64,000 nucleotides of DNA from Octopus bimaculoides (Eukaryota): the NCBI RefSeq assembly GCF_001194135.2, contig NC_068988.1, positions 54,710,533 through 54,774,532 on the forward strand, read 5' to 3'. Below, in pieces: positions 61,974 through 64,000 of the stretch (position 1 is its first letter; each line of letters starts with the position of its first letter). The notes below the pieces were generated by a model. The model saw only the letters and a program-made list of their open reading frames with translations, had not been told where the DNA came from and ran no database searches. The position numbers and the translations under genes are program-made.

Positions 61974-63500
61974 GTTACGCAGTAAATGAGACTGTTCTTC
62001 CAAAGACAAGCACTGAAGTGCACACCATCACTAGTAGTTCCACAACAAAGCCAGAACCCACGAAAGCCCTTGACGAGCACAGAGAATTGGATGCCATATT
62101 GGAAGGTTTGCTGAAGGATCAGGCATTTGAATCTGTTACACCAGCACCTGCATCAGTCAGTGAAACTTCCACTGTGACATCATCCTACACAGAGACCCAC
62201 CAACCAATGTCATATGTTACCCAAAAAACTGAGATAATCAAGGAGACACCAGTTTATATAGAAGAGAGCCACTACACCATCACCAAATCAAGTGAAGAGA
62301 AGATGAAGCATGTCCCTAAGAATGCTTTCTCTTACACTGCACCACCCATTGTTGAAACAAAGATAATCAGGGAGACAGAGTCTCGCAAGAGCCCTGACAA
62401 AGAGCCATCTACTGGCCCAGCTCCATCTCCTAAAAGCTACACCTTGCCTTATCGTGCAGATTATGAAAATACTTATTCTACAACTTACACAACTGAAAGC
62501 ACATCTCATATGGATTCTGAAGCACTGTCCTGGTTGGAGCAGCAGCAACAAAAGTTAAAGCAGAAGAAAGAAGATGATGATGGAAAACGAAGCCATCAAG
62601 AAAAGGCTCTCGTTGAGGAACTGAAGCATGCTCAGACACGGTACGCTACAAAAAGGGCCAAAAGCGATCAAGAAGAACAAGAAGTGATGCAGTCATATAT
62701 TAATGGCCCATCTTCTCCCATCACTTTTGACGGTTACACTGTATACCAGATGTCTATCAGCCCACAGACAACCACTCGTAAGCATCATAGCGTTAATGAT
62801 GAGGTATTTGATGTAAGTGCTTCCGAGACCCACAGTCGCACCGTGAGCAAGCCTCCTCCATCTCCTGGACCTACTGTCCGGACAACAAGCACCACCACAC
62901 CTCCTGCACCTGTGCGCACAAGCAGCAAGGACTACATGCAACGGCAACGCTCAAACAGTCGGGATTGGCCTCCGCAGCAGAGGCCTCAGCGCGTCAGTTC
63001 ATCAACAACCAGTGTAGTTACAACCTCAGAAGGTACAGTGGTCAATGAAAGTCCAGTCATGGCACGCACAAGTCGTAGTAACAGCCGTACTCCCCCTCAA
63101 TCTCCGCCCCCTGCACAGTTTTCTCCGCCGCCTGTATCAGCAATGCCTCCTCCGCAATTACCAGAAGCTTCTACTTGCAGCACCTATCAAGCACCATCTG
63201 TGGTGGAGGAACCCATAGTCCCTCCACAAGAGCAACCGTACCAATACACTCCTGTTGATGAACCCTTAGTTACCGTCTCCGACCCCCCTCCGTATTACAA
63301 CCAGCCGTATAATGTAATCAACTCAAAGGATGTCATAGATGATAGTTACCCCAGTCCACCTAGCCCTTACCAAACAACACCCACAGAAACAGAGCAGCCC
63401 CAAGTTAGTCCTCCCCAATCAGAATCATCTCCATCCCCTCAGATCCAAATCCACGAACAGGGCCCTGTAACAGAGGTGTTTGTACACAGATCTCCAAGTG
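61974..63500 (+). CDS. TNS: Tensin exon J, 1527-nt S/T/P-rich central region (GYAVNETVLPK...EVFVHRSPS)
   Basis: Acceptor tcttctgtttcag, donor gtgagt at 63501; open throughout (ORF 62018..63646), phase 1-1; GC and CpG content clearly above flanking introns. Confidence 0.92.
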
Positions 63501-64000
63501 GTGAGTATTCTCTAAAGACTCATCATAATAAGCTAGAAATTATTATATCTGAAATTAGTTTGTTGTTTTCTGTATCACTGTTATATATCATCAACAGCAA
63601 CTTAAAAAATGTTAATTATTCTAGGTTAATTGTAATGACGTCTTGATATTAATTGTAATAGCAACTGTCTGCTATAGCTTTACAGGCAGCACAATTTGGC
63701 ATGCCATTTATTTGGTGTCATAATGGATGATACAGAAAAGGAACAAAAGAATTCATGCTAGGTTAAGTGAATAACTATTCTCCTGCTTTTCCTGAATAAT
63801 GTAAATTTTCAAGATTTCATGTAAGCTTTAACTTACTGTTGGGGTTAATGTCTGCCTGAAAGAACTTTCTTTCACATTGAGGAAAGATCGGGATAAGAAT
63901 AAATCCATTATAGAAATAGGAAATGAAGTGTGTGTGGTTTATATGGAGAGTGGGAGAAAGAGAAATTAGAGTGGTAGTTCTAAGAGGGGAATTTGAAAAG

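Larger units (their letters stand above)
6270..63500 (+). other. TNS: Tensin gene, partial span (10 coding exons; 5' exon(s) and SH2/PTB exons outside window or unresolved)
   Basis: Ten exons bounded by AG/GT join with matching phases (1-0-0-2-2-2-1-1-1-1-1) into one open frame. By recollection it parallels human tensin-1 in order: ISFP..MLKx[54 protein letters not shown]..LIRxDSY..GPLDGSLYA. Confidence 0.95.
1..64000. repeat. Dispersed microsatellites: (TA)n, (CA/TG)n, (GA/TC)n, (TAC)n, (AAT)n, (GAT)n, (TCTA)n
   Basis: Examples: 1080-1128, 2512-2552, 23955-24015, 30700-30788, 36808-36901, 47025-47115, 50480-50690, 50890-50982, 58600-58683. Confidence 0.97.

Noticed and set aside
62288-62947. 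Antisense ORFs (87 and 84 aa) and the ORF extension 63501-63646
   Set aside because: The antisense ORFs are shadows of exon J. The extension is read-through past the gtgagt donor into AT-rich intron.

Overview
AT-rich, repeat-dense animal genomic DNA with 11 assembly gaps. The SINE/RTE repeat content and microsatellite load look like a coleoid cephalopod, probably Octopus (inference). The one real gene is a + strand tensin, partial at both ends. Ten GT-AG exons (6270-63500; 2712 nt, about 904 codons) splice in frame. They encode the PTEN-like phosphatase domain, the C2 domain and the start of the S/T/P-rich central region. The SH2/PTB exons lie beyond the window. Almost all other entries in the ORF track are artefacts of microsatellites, N-runs or repeats. 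Introns hold several tRNA-derived SINE families, 5'-truncated RTE LINEs and piggyBac-like, mariner-like and hAT-like MITEs. The most interesting signals are: a PTEN-like intact CX5R/DH active site; candidate alternative first exons; a candidate 30-nt microexon or poison exon; AG|GT recursive-splice motifs; three strong intronic hairpins; and an LD-like motif. No prokaryotic, CRISPR or RNA-gene features are supported. I found no clearly novel multi-gene system.
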